Positions 31,781 through 40,860 of a stretch of DNA of 64,000 nt are shown piece after piece. This DNA comes from Planctomycetota bacterium. GTDB taxonomy: Bacteria; Planctomycetota; B15-G4. The stretch covers positions 1 through 64,000 of the forward strand of contig JBBQUR010000012.1 of NCBI GenBank assembly GCA_038212275.1. The letters run 5' to 3'. The notes under the pieces were generated by a model, which was not told the DNA's origin, ran no database searches, and saw only the letters and a list, made by a program, of their open reading frames with translations. The stretch's first letter is position 1; every line of letters starts with the position of its first letter. The translations under genes and the position numbers were made by a program.

Positions 31781-32929
31781 CTACGGCAGGAAGCTGGCCG
31801 CCTTCTTGAGCTTCTGCGGCAGGTAGTCGTCGATCACGTAGTTGAGACCCCACTTGGCCAGGGCCTGCTGTTCGGCGCGGACGCCCATCTCGATGAGCAT
31901 CTGCATCGCCTTCTGCCAGGGCTTGTAGTGCCTGAAAAACGGGTCGTTTTTGAGTGCGTCCTTCGCGCGCTTCACGTCGACGTCGAGCAGCGGGTGCGTG
32001 GGCAGCTCGTAGTCGAGGATGTCCTGCGGTGTCACGCCGAGGTAGCTCGCGTGCGGCACGCAGAAGAAGCGGTTGAGGTGCGCCGTGTTGCCGCTGCCCA
32101 CCTTCAACGTGCGGTAGATGTTGCTGATGCCGTACGGGTCGCAGTCCACGAAGGCGTAGACCGGGATCTTCTTGCCCTCGGCGAGGCGCCGGATGAAGCG
32201 GCGCGTGGCGCGCGTCGGCACGCCGCTCATGCTGACGAGGATGCAGTTGGACGTGTCCCAGAAACCGTGCGCCTGCAGGCGCTGGAACATGCCGCCGGTC
32301 TCGATGGCCAGCACGAAGGAGGCCTCGGTCTCGAACTCCAGGTGCTCCACGCTGTGCGGGATGCTGTAGGCGCCCGTGCCGAACTTCGTGCAGTCGATGC
32401 GCAGCGGCGAGTTGGAGACCGGGTCGCGGTCGATGACCGTGAGTCGGCCGGCCACGGCGCCGCCGTGCTCTTCCGGGTAGTAGCGCAGCTGCTCGCGTGA
32501 GACGCCCTGGATGGCGAACATCGCCTCGATGTCGTCCATCACCGCGTCGGACTCCGGCTGCTCGTTGAACTTGGCCTCGCCCCAGTTCTTGCTGACGTAG
32601 TAGGCCTCTCGCTTCGTGGCGAAGGTGTCGCCCTCGATCATCTCCTTGGAGAGCGACATCATGCGCAGCGTCTGCGCGAAGCTCTTCACGGTGTTCACCG
32701 TGAGCGTGCGCACCTTCTTCTGCTTGCCGATCTCGAGGAAGCCCACCTTCGGGTCGAACTTCACGTTGCTCAGCGAGCGCACCGGCGCGGACAGCTCCGG
32801 CTTGCCGTCCTTGATGCTGTCGTCGTACACGTCGCGCGCCGTGCCGGCCAGGCACTTCAGCGTGTGCTTGTCCGTCGCGTCGGTGACGGTCTTGCGCGGG
32901 AGCTTCTTGGCCTGGGGCTTGGGTGCCAC
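31781..32929 (-). CDS. top6A: DNA topoisomerase VI subunit A
   Basis: TKREAYY catalytic Tyr, LAIETGG Toprim Glu, GVP.RATRRF, DCDPYG and EQQAL. Confidence 0.93.
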   Translation of the reverse strand: MAPKPQAKKLPRKTVTDATDKHTLKCLAGTARDVYDDSIKDGKPELSAPVRSLSNVKFDPKVGFLEIGKQKKVRTLTVNTVKSFAQTLRMMSLSKEMIEGDTFATKREAYYVSKNWGEAKFNEQPESDAVMDDIEAMFAIQGVSREQLRYYPEEHGGAVAGRLTVIDRDPVSNSPLRIDCTKFGTGAYSIPHSVEHLEFETEASFVLAIETGGMFQRLQAHGFWDTSNCILVSMSGVPTRATRRFIRRLAEGKKIPVYAFVDCDPYGISNIYRTLKVGSGNTAHLNRFFCVPHASYLGVTPQDILDYELPTHPLLDVDVKRAKDALKNDPFFRHYKPWQKAMQMLIEMGVRAEQQALAKWGLNYVIDDYLPQKLKKAASFLP

Positions 32930-33007
32930 GGTGCGTGCCTCCGGTGGGGATCCACACGGACTCTACGAAGCGTGCGCGGGCGACTCCACGCCCAACTCCG
33001 TGCCGGA

Positions 33008-33091
33008 CCATGCGCCGGGCCATGCGCCGGGCCATGCGCCGGGCCATGCAGCGGGCCATGCAGCGGGCCATGCAGCGGGCTGCCCGCCGGG
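33008..33091. repeat. Intergenic 12-bp tandem repeat
   Basis: (CCATGCGCCGGG)x3, (CCATGCAGCGGG)x3 and one degenerate copy. Confidence 0.95.
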
Positions 33092-33117
33092 CACCGCACT
33101 GGCCACGGGGGCATCGC

Positions 33118-34938
33118 TCAGGAGTTGGCGTCCGTCAGCGCGAGCACCGCGTAGGCCGTGCAGAGCGTGGGTGCGCCCTCGAACCAGCGCGCGGAGTCCG
33201 CGTTGATCCATGAACCGTCGATGCGCTGGTTCTCGAGCAGCTTGCGCGTGAGCATCTCGCGCCACGCGATGGGCTTGCCCGCCTTGTCGGCGAAGGCGTC
33301 GGGCGCGACACGGCGCAGCGTGCGCCCGAGGGCCAGATAGTAGTAGTACAGGCCCTGGCGCCCTTCCGTCTCCGAGGTGAAGCCCGGGTTGCTGTCGACG
33401 CTGAAGTTCTCCGCGAGCCAGTGCATGGCGGCGGCCAGGCGCTCGTCGTCGGCAGGCACGCCGCACAGGATGTACGACTTGGCGAGCGCGTAGGTCATCG
33501 AGCCGTAGGAGCGCAGCCGGTACACGCCCTCCGAGAGGTGCACCTCGCCGGCGTAGCTCACGCCGGGCAGGTAGAAGCCGCCGCCGTCGGTGCCGCCCAG
33601 CAGCGAGCCGCCCGCCGGCCGGATGCTGATGGCCGGTTCACCCGCGGAGAAGTTCTGGCATGACTCGAGGAACAGGAGCGCCTTGGTGAAGAAGGGGCTG
33701 CTGGCAGGTGCGCCGGCTGCCGCCACGGCCTCGATCGCCATCTGCGAGTTGGAGAGGTCGGGGCGTTCGCCGTCGCCGTAGCCGACGCCACCGTAGTAGG
33801 CGTCCACGCCCTGGTCGTAGCCGCGGCTCTCGTCGAACTGCCCGGCCATGAGAAAGGCGCGCGCCTTCTCGATGACGGGCGCGTCCTTTGCGCGGGCGCC
33901 GGCGACCAGCGCCTCGATCGCGACCGAGGTCGTGTACGTAGCGAGGCCATTTTCCTGAATGGAGCCGTCCGGCTGCTGCCTCGCGACGAGGTAGTCCAGC
34001 CCTTCGCCGAGCCACTCGGGCCGCGGTTCATGCCGGATGTCCGCGGCCGCCGCGACGGCAGTGAGGCACAGTGCGGTGATGCCCGGCTCCGGCTCCTCCC
34101 AGCCGGTGAGCTCGAGCCCGAAGGTGCCGTGCCGCTGGTGCCTGGCGAAGAAGGCGGCCGCCTCGGCCAGCGCGGCATCCAGCGGCAGAGCCGAGGCGAC
34201 GAGGGCCGGCAGGCCCGGCTCGGCGGCGTCGGCATCGTCGTCATCCACGCGGAACACTGGCGGCTCGTACAGGCCGTGCATCTGGATGGCGGTCTCGAGC
34301 GCGGCCATGAGCTCAGCGAGGCTGGCCTTCTCGTCGGCGACGGGGAGCGGCGGCAGCGCGTCGGGACGCACGCCGCGCAGGCGCGCCGCGCGGGCCCAAC
34401 TCGTCCAGGCGGCGACGTCGGTGACGGCGGGCTCGGGCACGGTGGACGGATCGGCCGCGGAGAGACACGCGAGCTCGGGCTCGGTCTTCGCGTCGAAGCT
34501 CGCTGCCGGCAGCTCGGTGCTGGCCGGGAAGGTGCGCAGGGCGAGCCAGAGGTCCACGTCGCTGCCCGGCGGCTCGGCGTGCAGGCGCTGCACGGCCGCA
34601 TCGTGCACTCGCTGCAGAGGTGCGGTGACTGTTGCGGCGAGGCCGAGCGCGACAAGCGCGTCCGGCACGTCGCCAGGCTTGGCGGCGGCGACACGCTGCG
34701 CCGCGCTGCGGTAGAAGGGGCCATCCAGCTCGGTGTAGCGGCGCGGGCTGCGGCCGAGGAGATCGAGCACGCGGCAGGTGTCGGCAAGGCCGCTGCCGTA
34801 GCTGCCGTCGCTCTTCTGCTCCGCGACGATCAGGCGGATGATCTTGTCGGCGGCGTGCTTGGGATTGTCCTGCGCCGTCGCGAGCGAGGGCAGCAGGAGG
34901 AGTGCGAGAGCGGCGATCAGCAGGGCGCGGGACTTCAC
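33118..34938 (-). CDS. Exported prenyltransferase/squalene-oxidase repeat (alpha/alpha toroid) protein
   Basis: GGAGAAG RBS then GTG; signal peptide; QW-like repeats QKSDGSY, QQPDGSI and QRIDGSW; DLSNSQ, SYGSMTY and YYYY motifs. Confidence 0.8.
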   Translation of the reverse strand: MKSRALLIAALALLLLPSLATAQDNPKHAADKIIRLIVAEQKSDGSYGSGLADTCRVLDLLGRSPRRYTELDGPFYRSAAQRVAAAKPGDVPDALVALGLAATVTAPLQRVHDAAVQRLHAEPPGSDVDLWLALRTFPASTELPAASFDAKTEPELACLSAADPSTVPEPAVTDVAAWTSWARAARLRGVRPDALPPLPVADEKASLAELMAALETAIQMHGLYEPPVFRVDDDDADAAEPGLPALVASALPLDAALAEAAAFFARHQRHGTFGLELTGWEEPEPGITALCLTAVAAAADIRHEPRPEWLGEGLDYLVARQQPDGSIQENGLATYTTSVAIEALVAGARAKDAPVIEKARAFLMAGQFDESRGYDQGVDAYYGGVGYGDGERPDLSNSQMAIEAVAAAGAPASSPFFTKALLFLESCQNFSAGEPAISIRPAGGSLLGGTDGGGFYLPGVSYAGEVHLSEGVYRLRSYGSMTYALAKSYILCGVPADDERLAAAMHWLAENFSVDSNPGFTSETEGRQGLYYYYLALGRTLRRVAPDAFADKAGKPIAWREMLTRKLLENQRIDGSWINADSARWFEGAPTLCTAYAVLALTDANS

Positions 34939-35035
34939 GGGACTTCTCCACGGACAGGCGGCACGGATACGGGGCGCACGATAGCGCCTGCTCGACAGCG
35001 CGGACAACGGCTGCACCGAGAGCGCGGCCGCACCT

Positions 35036-35067
35036 GCCGGACACCGGCGCATGCGCGGGTGTCCGGC
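35036..35067. terminator. Near-perfect palindrome downstream of top6B
   Basis: GCCGGACACC-G-GCGCATGCGC-G-GGTGTCCGGC. Confidence 0.5.
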
Positions 35068-35150
35068 GGAATCCCGGATGAACGAATCGAGCTGCCGTCG
35101 CGGTGCCATGCCAGGACCGGTTGTGACGCTCCGACAGACGCCTGGTCAGG

Positions 35151-37001
35151 TCACGCCAGCTTGCGGCTCTTCTCCAGCGTGTCGCGCAGCTTCTCGATCA
35201 CGGCGTCCTTCTCGGTGTCCTTGAGCGCGAGGATCTCCTGCAGCGCTTCGCCGATGTGGGGGATGTACTTGTCGATGTAGCCGCGCTTCTTCAGCTCGTC
35301 GGCGATGCGCGAGCGGCGGCGCAGGAAGATCTGCATCTGCCGGCCGCATTCCTGGAGGGCGAGCTTCAGCTCGTCGATGATCTCGGGATAGCTGGCGACG
35401 GCTTCCTTGCTCTCGGAGGTGAACGGCACCCAGACCGAGGCGATGTGCACCATGAGGATCACGGGGCCGACCGGCATCGAGTCGCGCGGCTGCATGAGGC
35501 CGTAGCGCTTCCAGTCGACGTCGAGCACGGCCTTCGTGATCGCGCAGCCGCCGCCCTGATGCTGCAGCGGCACGCGGTTGGCGAAGCGCATCAGGCGGCC
35601 GGGCTCGTCGGCGGGCAGCGAGCCGCCGAGCGCGCAACCGACCTCGACCTGAAAGGGGTTGCCGCGATACACCGACGGCGCGCGCGTCCGCGACACGAAG
35701 AACTCCGCCTCGCCGATCTCCTTCTCGAGGCCCTTCTTGATGAGCTCCTCGCCGATGGGCGAGACGCAATCCGTCGGCGGATTCATGAGCTTCGTCGCGG
35801 CGATCGCCTTGTAGAGCGCTTCGGCGGACTTGTGCTCCAGCGACTTCACGCGGGCGTCCGGGTCCACGCCGGCCGCCTCGCATATCTCGCGCGCCACGCG
35901 CGTGCTGACGCGCGAGAAATCATTGCTGAGGAAGGCCGAAAGCCGCGTGCTCGCGGTGGCCTTCATCATCTTCATGAGGAAGCCGAGCTCGACCCCGTGC
36001 GGATGCGGCTTGATCTCCTTGGGCAACGTCGGCAGATCCTTCGTCGCGCGTTCGTAGACCACCGGCGGGACGAGCGGCCCCTGGTCCGCGGGCCAGTAGG
36101 AAATCTTCGCGTGCGGATTGGCGATGGCCACCTGCGCGAGGAATTCGTCCACGCTGCCCTTGCCCTTGCGATACTCGGCCTCCAGCTCGATGGTGACCTC
36201 GGTGCCGTGCTCGCGGTCCCACTCGAAGGGGCGCGGCGGGCGCGGCCGCACCGGCGCGTTCTTCGCCGTGTCGATGCGCAGCGCGATGTCCAGCGCCTCA
36301 TGCTGTTTGCCGATGCGCGACTTGATGATGGTGGGCGCGCCGGTGGTCATCTGCCCGTACATGCCCGCGGCCGAGATGCCGATGCCCTGCTGCCCGCGGC
36401 TCTGCCGCAGCCGGTGGAATTTGCTGCCGTAGAGCAGCCTCGCGAAGACGTTGTCGATCTGCTCGGGCACGATGCCCGGCCCGTTGTCGCCGACGATCAC
36501 GCGAAAGCGGTTCTCGATCTTCGGCACCTGCTCGATGCGCACCGTGATGTCCGGCAGGATCTCCGCTTCCTCGCAGGCGTCGAGCGAGTTGTCGACCGCT
36601 TCCTTCACGGTGGTGAGCAGCGCCTTGCGCTTGCTGTCGAAGCCGAGCAGGTGCCGGTTCTTGGCGAAGAACTCGCTGACCGAAATCTCGCGCTGCTTCT
36701 CCGCGAGTTCGTGCGCCTTGGTGCGCCCGCCGCTCTTCGGATCCTTCCGCTCGTCGCTTGCGGTCGCGGCCTGCGAGGCACGCTTTGCGTCGCCCGTCGC
36801 GTCACGTTTCGCGTCGGACTTCGCGTCGGACTTCGTGTCGCGCTTTGCAGCATGGGCTGCGCCGCCCGCGGTGCCGCCGCTTGGGATGTCGTCGTCGGTG
36901 CCGAGGTCGTCGACGCTGTCGAACAGACCGGCCTGCTGCGGGGGCTTCGAACTCAAGTGCTTGCCTTTCAAGGTGTTATGAATGACTTCCCGGAGGCGCA
37001 A
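35151..37001 (-). CDS. top6B: DNA topoisomerase VI subunit B
   Basis: EISVSEFF.KN.HLLGF, KEAVDNSLDA, DNGPG, GSKF, SRGQQGIGIS, RFANRVPL and VPFTSESKEA. Start is uncertain. Confidence 0.94.
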   Translation of the reverse strand: MRLREVIHNTLKGKHLSSKPPQQAGLFDSVDDLGTDDDIPSGGTAGGAAHAAKRDTKSDAKSDAKRDATGDAKRASQAATASDERKDPKSGGRTKAHELAEKQREISVSEFFAKNRHLLGFDSKRKALLTTVKEAVDNSLDACEEAEILPDITVRIEQVPKIENRFRVIVGDNGPGIVPEQIDNVFARLLYGSKFHRLRQSRGQQGIGISAAGMYGQMTTGAPTIIKSRIGKQHEALDIALRIDTAKNAPVRPRPPRPFEWDREHGTEVTIELEAEYRKGKGSVDEFLAQVAIANPHAKISYWPADQGPLVPPVVYERATKDLPTLPKEIKPHPHGVELGFLMKMMKATASTRLSAFLSNDFSRVSTRVAREICEAAGVDPDARVKSLEHKSAEALYKAIAATKLMNPPTDCVSPIGEELIKKGLEKEIGEAEFFVSRTRAPSVYRGNPFQVEVGCALGGSLPADEPGRLMRFANRVPLQHQGGGCAITKAVLDVDWKRYGLMQPRDSMPVGPVILMVHIASVWVPFTSESKEAVASYPEIIDELKLALQECGRQMQIFLRRRSRIADELKKRGYIDKYIPHIGEALQEILALKDTEKDAVIEKLRDTLEKSRKLA

Positions 37002-37060
37002 ACCGCACCCTAGCGGCCGGCCGTGCGCCGTTCAAGCGCGACGGCGTTCCGAGCCGCGGA

Positions 37061-38422
37061 TCACTTCCCCGTGTAACCCAGCGCCTGCAGTCGCTCCTGC
37101 GCGTCGTCGGGCAGCAGGGCGGGCTGAGGAGCAGCGCTGCCGACGGCGCGCTTGCGCGACGTGTCCAGCCAGCGCGTGAAGTCCGCAGCAAAATCCGGCG
37201 GCACCTGCCCCTCGCGACGGAGGACGCGCAGGGCATCCCGCGAGAAGGCGAGCTCGCCGAAGGCCTCGATCGGCGCGCCGGCGTCGTCCGACGGCGGCGG
37301 AAGCGCGCGATATGAGAGGTAGGTGCGTCCCGGCACGGCGAGGCTGGCGCCGCCCGACGCCAGCAAGTCGATGCCGTCGATGTCGGCGGGCGCCGCGACG
37401 CCCGCGCGCGCGAGCAGCGTCGGCAGCAGGTCCACGAGGCCGACGCGCTCGGCGACGCGGCCCGCGCTTCCCGCGCCCTCGACGACGAGCGGCACGTGCA
37501 GCAGCGCGTCGGTCATGCCGACGCCGTGGAGATACGCGCCGTCCTCGCCTTCGCCGAAGGCCTCGCCATGATCGGCGGTGAGCACCGTGAGCAGCGGCCT
37601 GTCGCCCAGGAACTCGTCGGCGAGTTTCCGCAACCGAGCCAGGCTTGCGTCGAGGTGCCGGATCTCGCCGTCGTAAAGGGCGATGACCCGGGCCTTGTCC
37701 TCCGGCGCGAGGCGCTCGTCGACGTGCAGGCCGCGCAGTGCGACGAAGGCTTCGGCTGAGCCGTCGAAGGGGCCGGCGTATTCCGGCGCGCCCTCGTCGC
37801 GGTACACGGCGGGCGGATCGTAGGGGACGTGCGTGTCCATGAGGTGCACGTAGAGGAAGAGCGGGCGGCCGTCGGCGGGGCGCGTGCTCAGCAGCGCCTC
37901 GACCTTGTCGATGACGACCTCGGAGGCGATCTCCGGCTTCCAGTGGCCGACGTGTTCGCGCCCGCGCCAGCCCAGCGCGATGAAGTCGTCGAAGCCGCGA
38001 TCCACTCCGTGCGACGGTGACATGAGCGGGTTGGCGGAGACGGCGGCCGTCGCGTAGCCGGCCGCCTGCAGGAGCTCCGGCAACACGGGCTCGTCGCCGG
38101 GCACGCGCTCGCCCTGGCCGAAGATGCGGCCGGGCGCCGCGTTGCGCCCGGTAAACAGCGCGTGCATGGACGGCCGCGTCCAGTTGGAAGCCGCGGTGGC
38201 CGCGTCGAAGACGACGGCGTCTTGCGCCCACGCGGCGAGCTGCGGCGCCGTCGTCCGGTCGTAGCCGTACAGCTCGAGGTGATCGGCGCGCAGCGCATCG
38301 CAGACCACGAGCAGGATGTTCGGTGCGACGTCTCGCTCCGGCTGGCCGCACGCGGTCGTCCACAGCAGCAACGGCAGCAGCCGCCAGCGAATGGACCGCG
38401 CGCCATGCGGTGGCCTGCTCAC
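37061..38422 (-). CDS. Sulfatase-like hydrolase/transferase lipoprotein
   Basis: TTAC lipobox-like; PNILLVVCDALRADH, WTRPSMHALFTG, ADHGE and LQALGY; GTG start overlaps the upstream TGA. Confidence 0.85.
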   Translation of the reverse strand: MSRPPHGARSIRWRLLPLLLWTTACGQPERDVAPNILLVVCDALRADHLELYGYDRTTAPQLAAWAQDAVVFDAATAASNWTRPSMHALFTGRNAAPGRIFGQGERVPGDEPVLPELLQAAGYATAAVSANPLMSPSHGVDRGFDDFIALGWRGREHVGHWKPEIASEVVIDKVEALLSTRPADGRPLFLYVHLMDTHVPYDPPAVYRDEGAPEYAGPFDGSAEAFVALRGLHVDERLAPEDKARVIALYDGEIRHLDASLARLRKLADEFLGDRPLLTVLTADHGEAFGEGEDGAYLHGVGMTDALLHVPLVVEGAGSAGRVAERVGLVDLLPTLLARAGVAAPADIDGIDLLASGGASLAVPGRTYLSYRALPPPSDDAGAPIEAFGELAFSRDALRVLRREGQVPPDFAADFTRWLDTSRKRAVGSAAPQPALLPDDAQERLQALGYTGK

Positions 38423-39795
38423 GGCTCCGAGATGAGCGTCTCGATGAGTTCCTCGAACTCGAGCGCCTGCTTCCTGTATGCGTCGCCGGTTGCCGGGCCG
38501 TTGTAGCCCGAGTGCACGGCGGCCACGCGGCCGTCGGCGTGCAGGAAGATCGTGGTGGGGAAGGACTTGATGCGGTCGAGCAGCCCGAGGGTCGCGGTGG
38601 CCTTCTCCTTGTTGGCGAGGCCGGCGACGAGCAGTGGCCACGTCACGCCGCGGTGCTCGGCGTAGCGGCGCACCTGCACGACGTCCGTGGCGAAGTCTCC
38701 GCTGCGCTCGAAGGCGATGCCGACGATGGAAAGCCCGTGGCTGCCGTAGCGCCGCTCGAGTTCCGCGAGATACAGCGCCTCGTCCGCGCAGTTGGGACAC
38801 CAGCTCCCGAAGATCTGCACGATGCGCGCCTTGCCGGCGAACTTCGGGTCCGCCAGCGAACGCCGCACGCCGTCCATGTCCGGGAACGCGACGTCATCCA
38901 GCCGCGCGCCTTCCTTCCAGTGCACCTGGTCGAAGGCGTCGGGCAGCGCGGCCGTGTCGTCGCGCCGCGCCGTCCACGTGTCGTGGAAGGACTCGCGCGA
39001 CCAGAAGTCGCCGGCCAATGTGCCGTCGGGCTGCCGGCGGGCGATGAAGAGGAAGGCGTGCGCGCCGTCGAAGCACGAGAGGCGCAGTCCGCTGCCGGGG
39101 GCCGCGTCGGCCGCGGCGCGCGTGTCGCCGGCCAGGTAGCGATAATCGCCGGTGGTGGTGAGGAAGGTGCCGCTCGCGACGCCGTCGGCCTGTTGCCGGA
39201 AGACGCCGACAGCCGGGTCCTCGTCCTCCGCGAACTGCACGGCCCAGCGCCCGGTGAGCGAAGGCGCGGTGGCCTTCGACGCGCCGGGATCCGCAGCGGT
39301 CATCGCGCCGGTTGCGCCGGTCGCGCCGGCACCCGTGCCCGCGATCGTGAAGCGCGGCCTGTCGCCGAGCTGCGCGTGGAAGGGGATGCTGAGGAGGGAC
39401 GTGCCGCGATCGAGCAACCACTCGCCGCGCAGCTCGCTGCCGTCGGCATTCGGCGTCGCGAGCAGGCGCGACGCGTAGTGCGGCATCGACAACTCGAGCC
39501 GGCCGTTCACCCAGCCGGTGTGCGGCACGGCGATCTGCTCGGAGCCGTTGACGAGCCACGCGGACCAGACGTCGTTCACGTCTTCGTCCGCGCCATCCCA
39601 GGCCGGCGTGCGCTGCAGCTTGAGTCCGAAGGGCAGCTCGCCGCCGGGGCACGCGAGCGTCGCGCGCCAGGGGCCACCGCGCAACGGGCGCCCGCGCGTG
39701 TCGACGGGAACCGCGGCGTCCTGCGCCGCGACCTGCATCGTCGAGCAGGGCGACAGCGCCAGCATGAGTCCGAGCAGCGAGATCAGCATGCGCAC
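38419..39795 (-). CDS. Exported TlpA-family thiol-disulfide oxidoreductase with N-terminal beta domains
   Basis: Signal peptide; GSWCPNC and SFPTTIF motifs. Confidence 0.85.
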   Translation of the reverse strand: MRMLISLLGLMLALSPCSTMQVAAQDAAVPVDTRGRPLRGGPWRATLACPGGELPFGLKLQRTPAWDGADEDVNDVWSAWLVNGSEQIAVPHTGWVNGRLELSMPHYASRLLATPNADGSELRGEWLLDRGTSLLSIPFHAQLGDRPRFTIAGTGAGATGATGAMTAADPGASKATAPSLTGRWAVQFAEDEDPAVGVFRQQADGVASGTFLTTTGDYRYLAGDTRAAADAAPGSGLRLSCFDGAHAFLFIARRQPDGTLAGDFWSRESFHDTWTARRDDTAALPDAFDQVHWKEGARLDDVAFPDMDGVRRSLADPKFAGKARIVQIFGSWCPNCADEALYLAELERRYGSHGLSIVGIAFERSGDFATDVVQVRRYAEHRGVTWPLLVAGLANKEKATATLGLLDRIKSFPTTIFLHADGRVAAVHSGYNGPATGDAYRKQALEFEELIETLISEP

Positions 39796-39836
39796 GTCAT
39801 ATCACGCACGGCGGCGAGGCGGCAGCGCGCAGGCGT

Positions 39837-40715
39837 TCAGGGTTCGGCAGCCGACAGCGCCGCGGGCAGCACGGGCGTGCCGACGAGGCCGTGGCGATGC
39901 GCGAGGAAGCCGAAGGCCGCAAGCCCGGCGCGTTCGGCGGGCCCGAGGTCGTAGCCGATGCACTCCTGCAGGTATGCCCTGCAGGCGGGGGCCGGCAGGC
40001 CGCTCCGGGCCGCGAAGGCCTCGGCCAGCGCGTCGCGCTGCGGAAGGCCGGCAGCGCGCGCCGCGAGCAGGCGCGCATGCAGCGGTTGCGGGGGGACGTC
40101 CGGGCGCGCGAGCCACAGCGCGTAGACGAAGGGCAGGCCGGTGTGTGCCGTCCAGACCGTGCCGAGGTCCAGCGCGAACCAGCCCCTGTCCAGGCGCGAC
40201 GCGGCGCCGTTGCTGCGCGCGGCGCCGTTCGCATGCGGGGTGTCGGTCGTGAGGCCGTGCGCGTGCGCCGCCGCGAGGGCGGGGTCACCGATGCGCAGCA
40301 CGGCGTCGGCGTCGATGCCGGCCAGATCCGCATCCGGCGCGCACTCCGTCACGCTGAACCCGCGCGCACCGAGAAACTCCGCGAGACAGAGCTGCGCGAG
40401 TACGGCGGCCGAGCGGCTGCTGCTGTCCAGCGCCACGCGGCGCACGCGCTCGGGGGCGCCGCGCAGGAAGAGCAGGATGGAACGCACCGGCCCGCACGAG
40501 GTGATCGCCGGCCCGGCCACGAAGGAGAGCTGCGGCGCGCGGAAGAGTTCGACCGCCGAGACGAGCGCCGCGTCGAGTGCGCCCGCGCGCAGCCGGCTGA
40601 CGAGTTGCGCGGGCACCGCGCGCTCCAGCACCACGTCCGGCTGCGCATCGAGCCCCGCGACGAGCGGCTGCGCGTTGAGGTAGGGGACAGTGCCGAGGCG
40701 CAGCGGAGCAGGCAT
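39837..40715 (-). CDS. mqnA: Chorismate dehydratase (futalosine menaquinone pathway)
   Basis: RLGTVPYLNAQPL, GPVRSI, SRSAAVL, LRIGDPAL and DLG..W...TGLPFVYALW. Confidence 0.9.
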   Translation of the reverse strand: MPAPLRLGTVPYLNAQPLVAGLDAQPDVVLERAVPAQLVSRLRAGALDAALVSAVELFRAPQLSFVAGPAITSCGPVRSILLFLRGAPERVRRVALDSSSRSAAVLAQLCLAEFLGARGFSVTECAPDADLAGIDADAVLRIGDPALAAAHAHGLTTDTPHANGAARSNGAASRLDRGWFALDLGTVWTAHTGLPFVYALWLARPDVPPQPLHARLLAARAAGLPQRDALAEAFAARSGLPAPACRAYLQECIGYDLGPAERAGLAAFGFLAHRHGLVGTPVLPAALSAAEP

Positions 40716-40860
40716 CGCGACAGGCTAGCAAGCGGCCGCCCGGGTGCTCGCGTGGGAGTGCGGCGCGAAAAATCCGCGAACGAGGTGGCTCGTCGGCGCG
40801 CGACGTGTGTCTACAATCCCGCCCGACCTGTGCCGGCACCACTCTCGGGCGAGACGCGAC

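Noticed and set aside
33008..33091. CRISPR-like appearance of this array and those at 53742 and 55069
   Set aside because: Contiguous tandem units with no unique spacers; no cas genes in the window.
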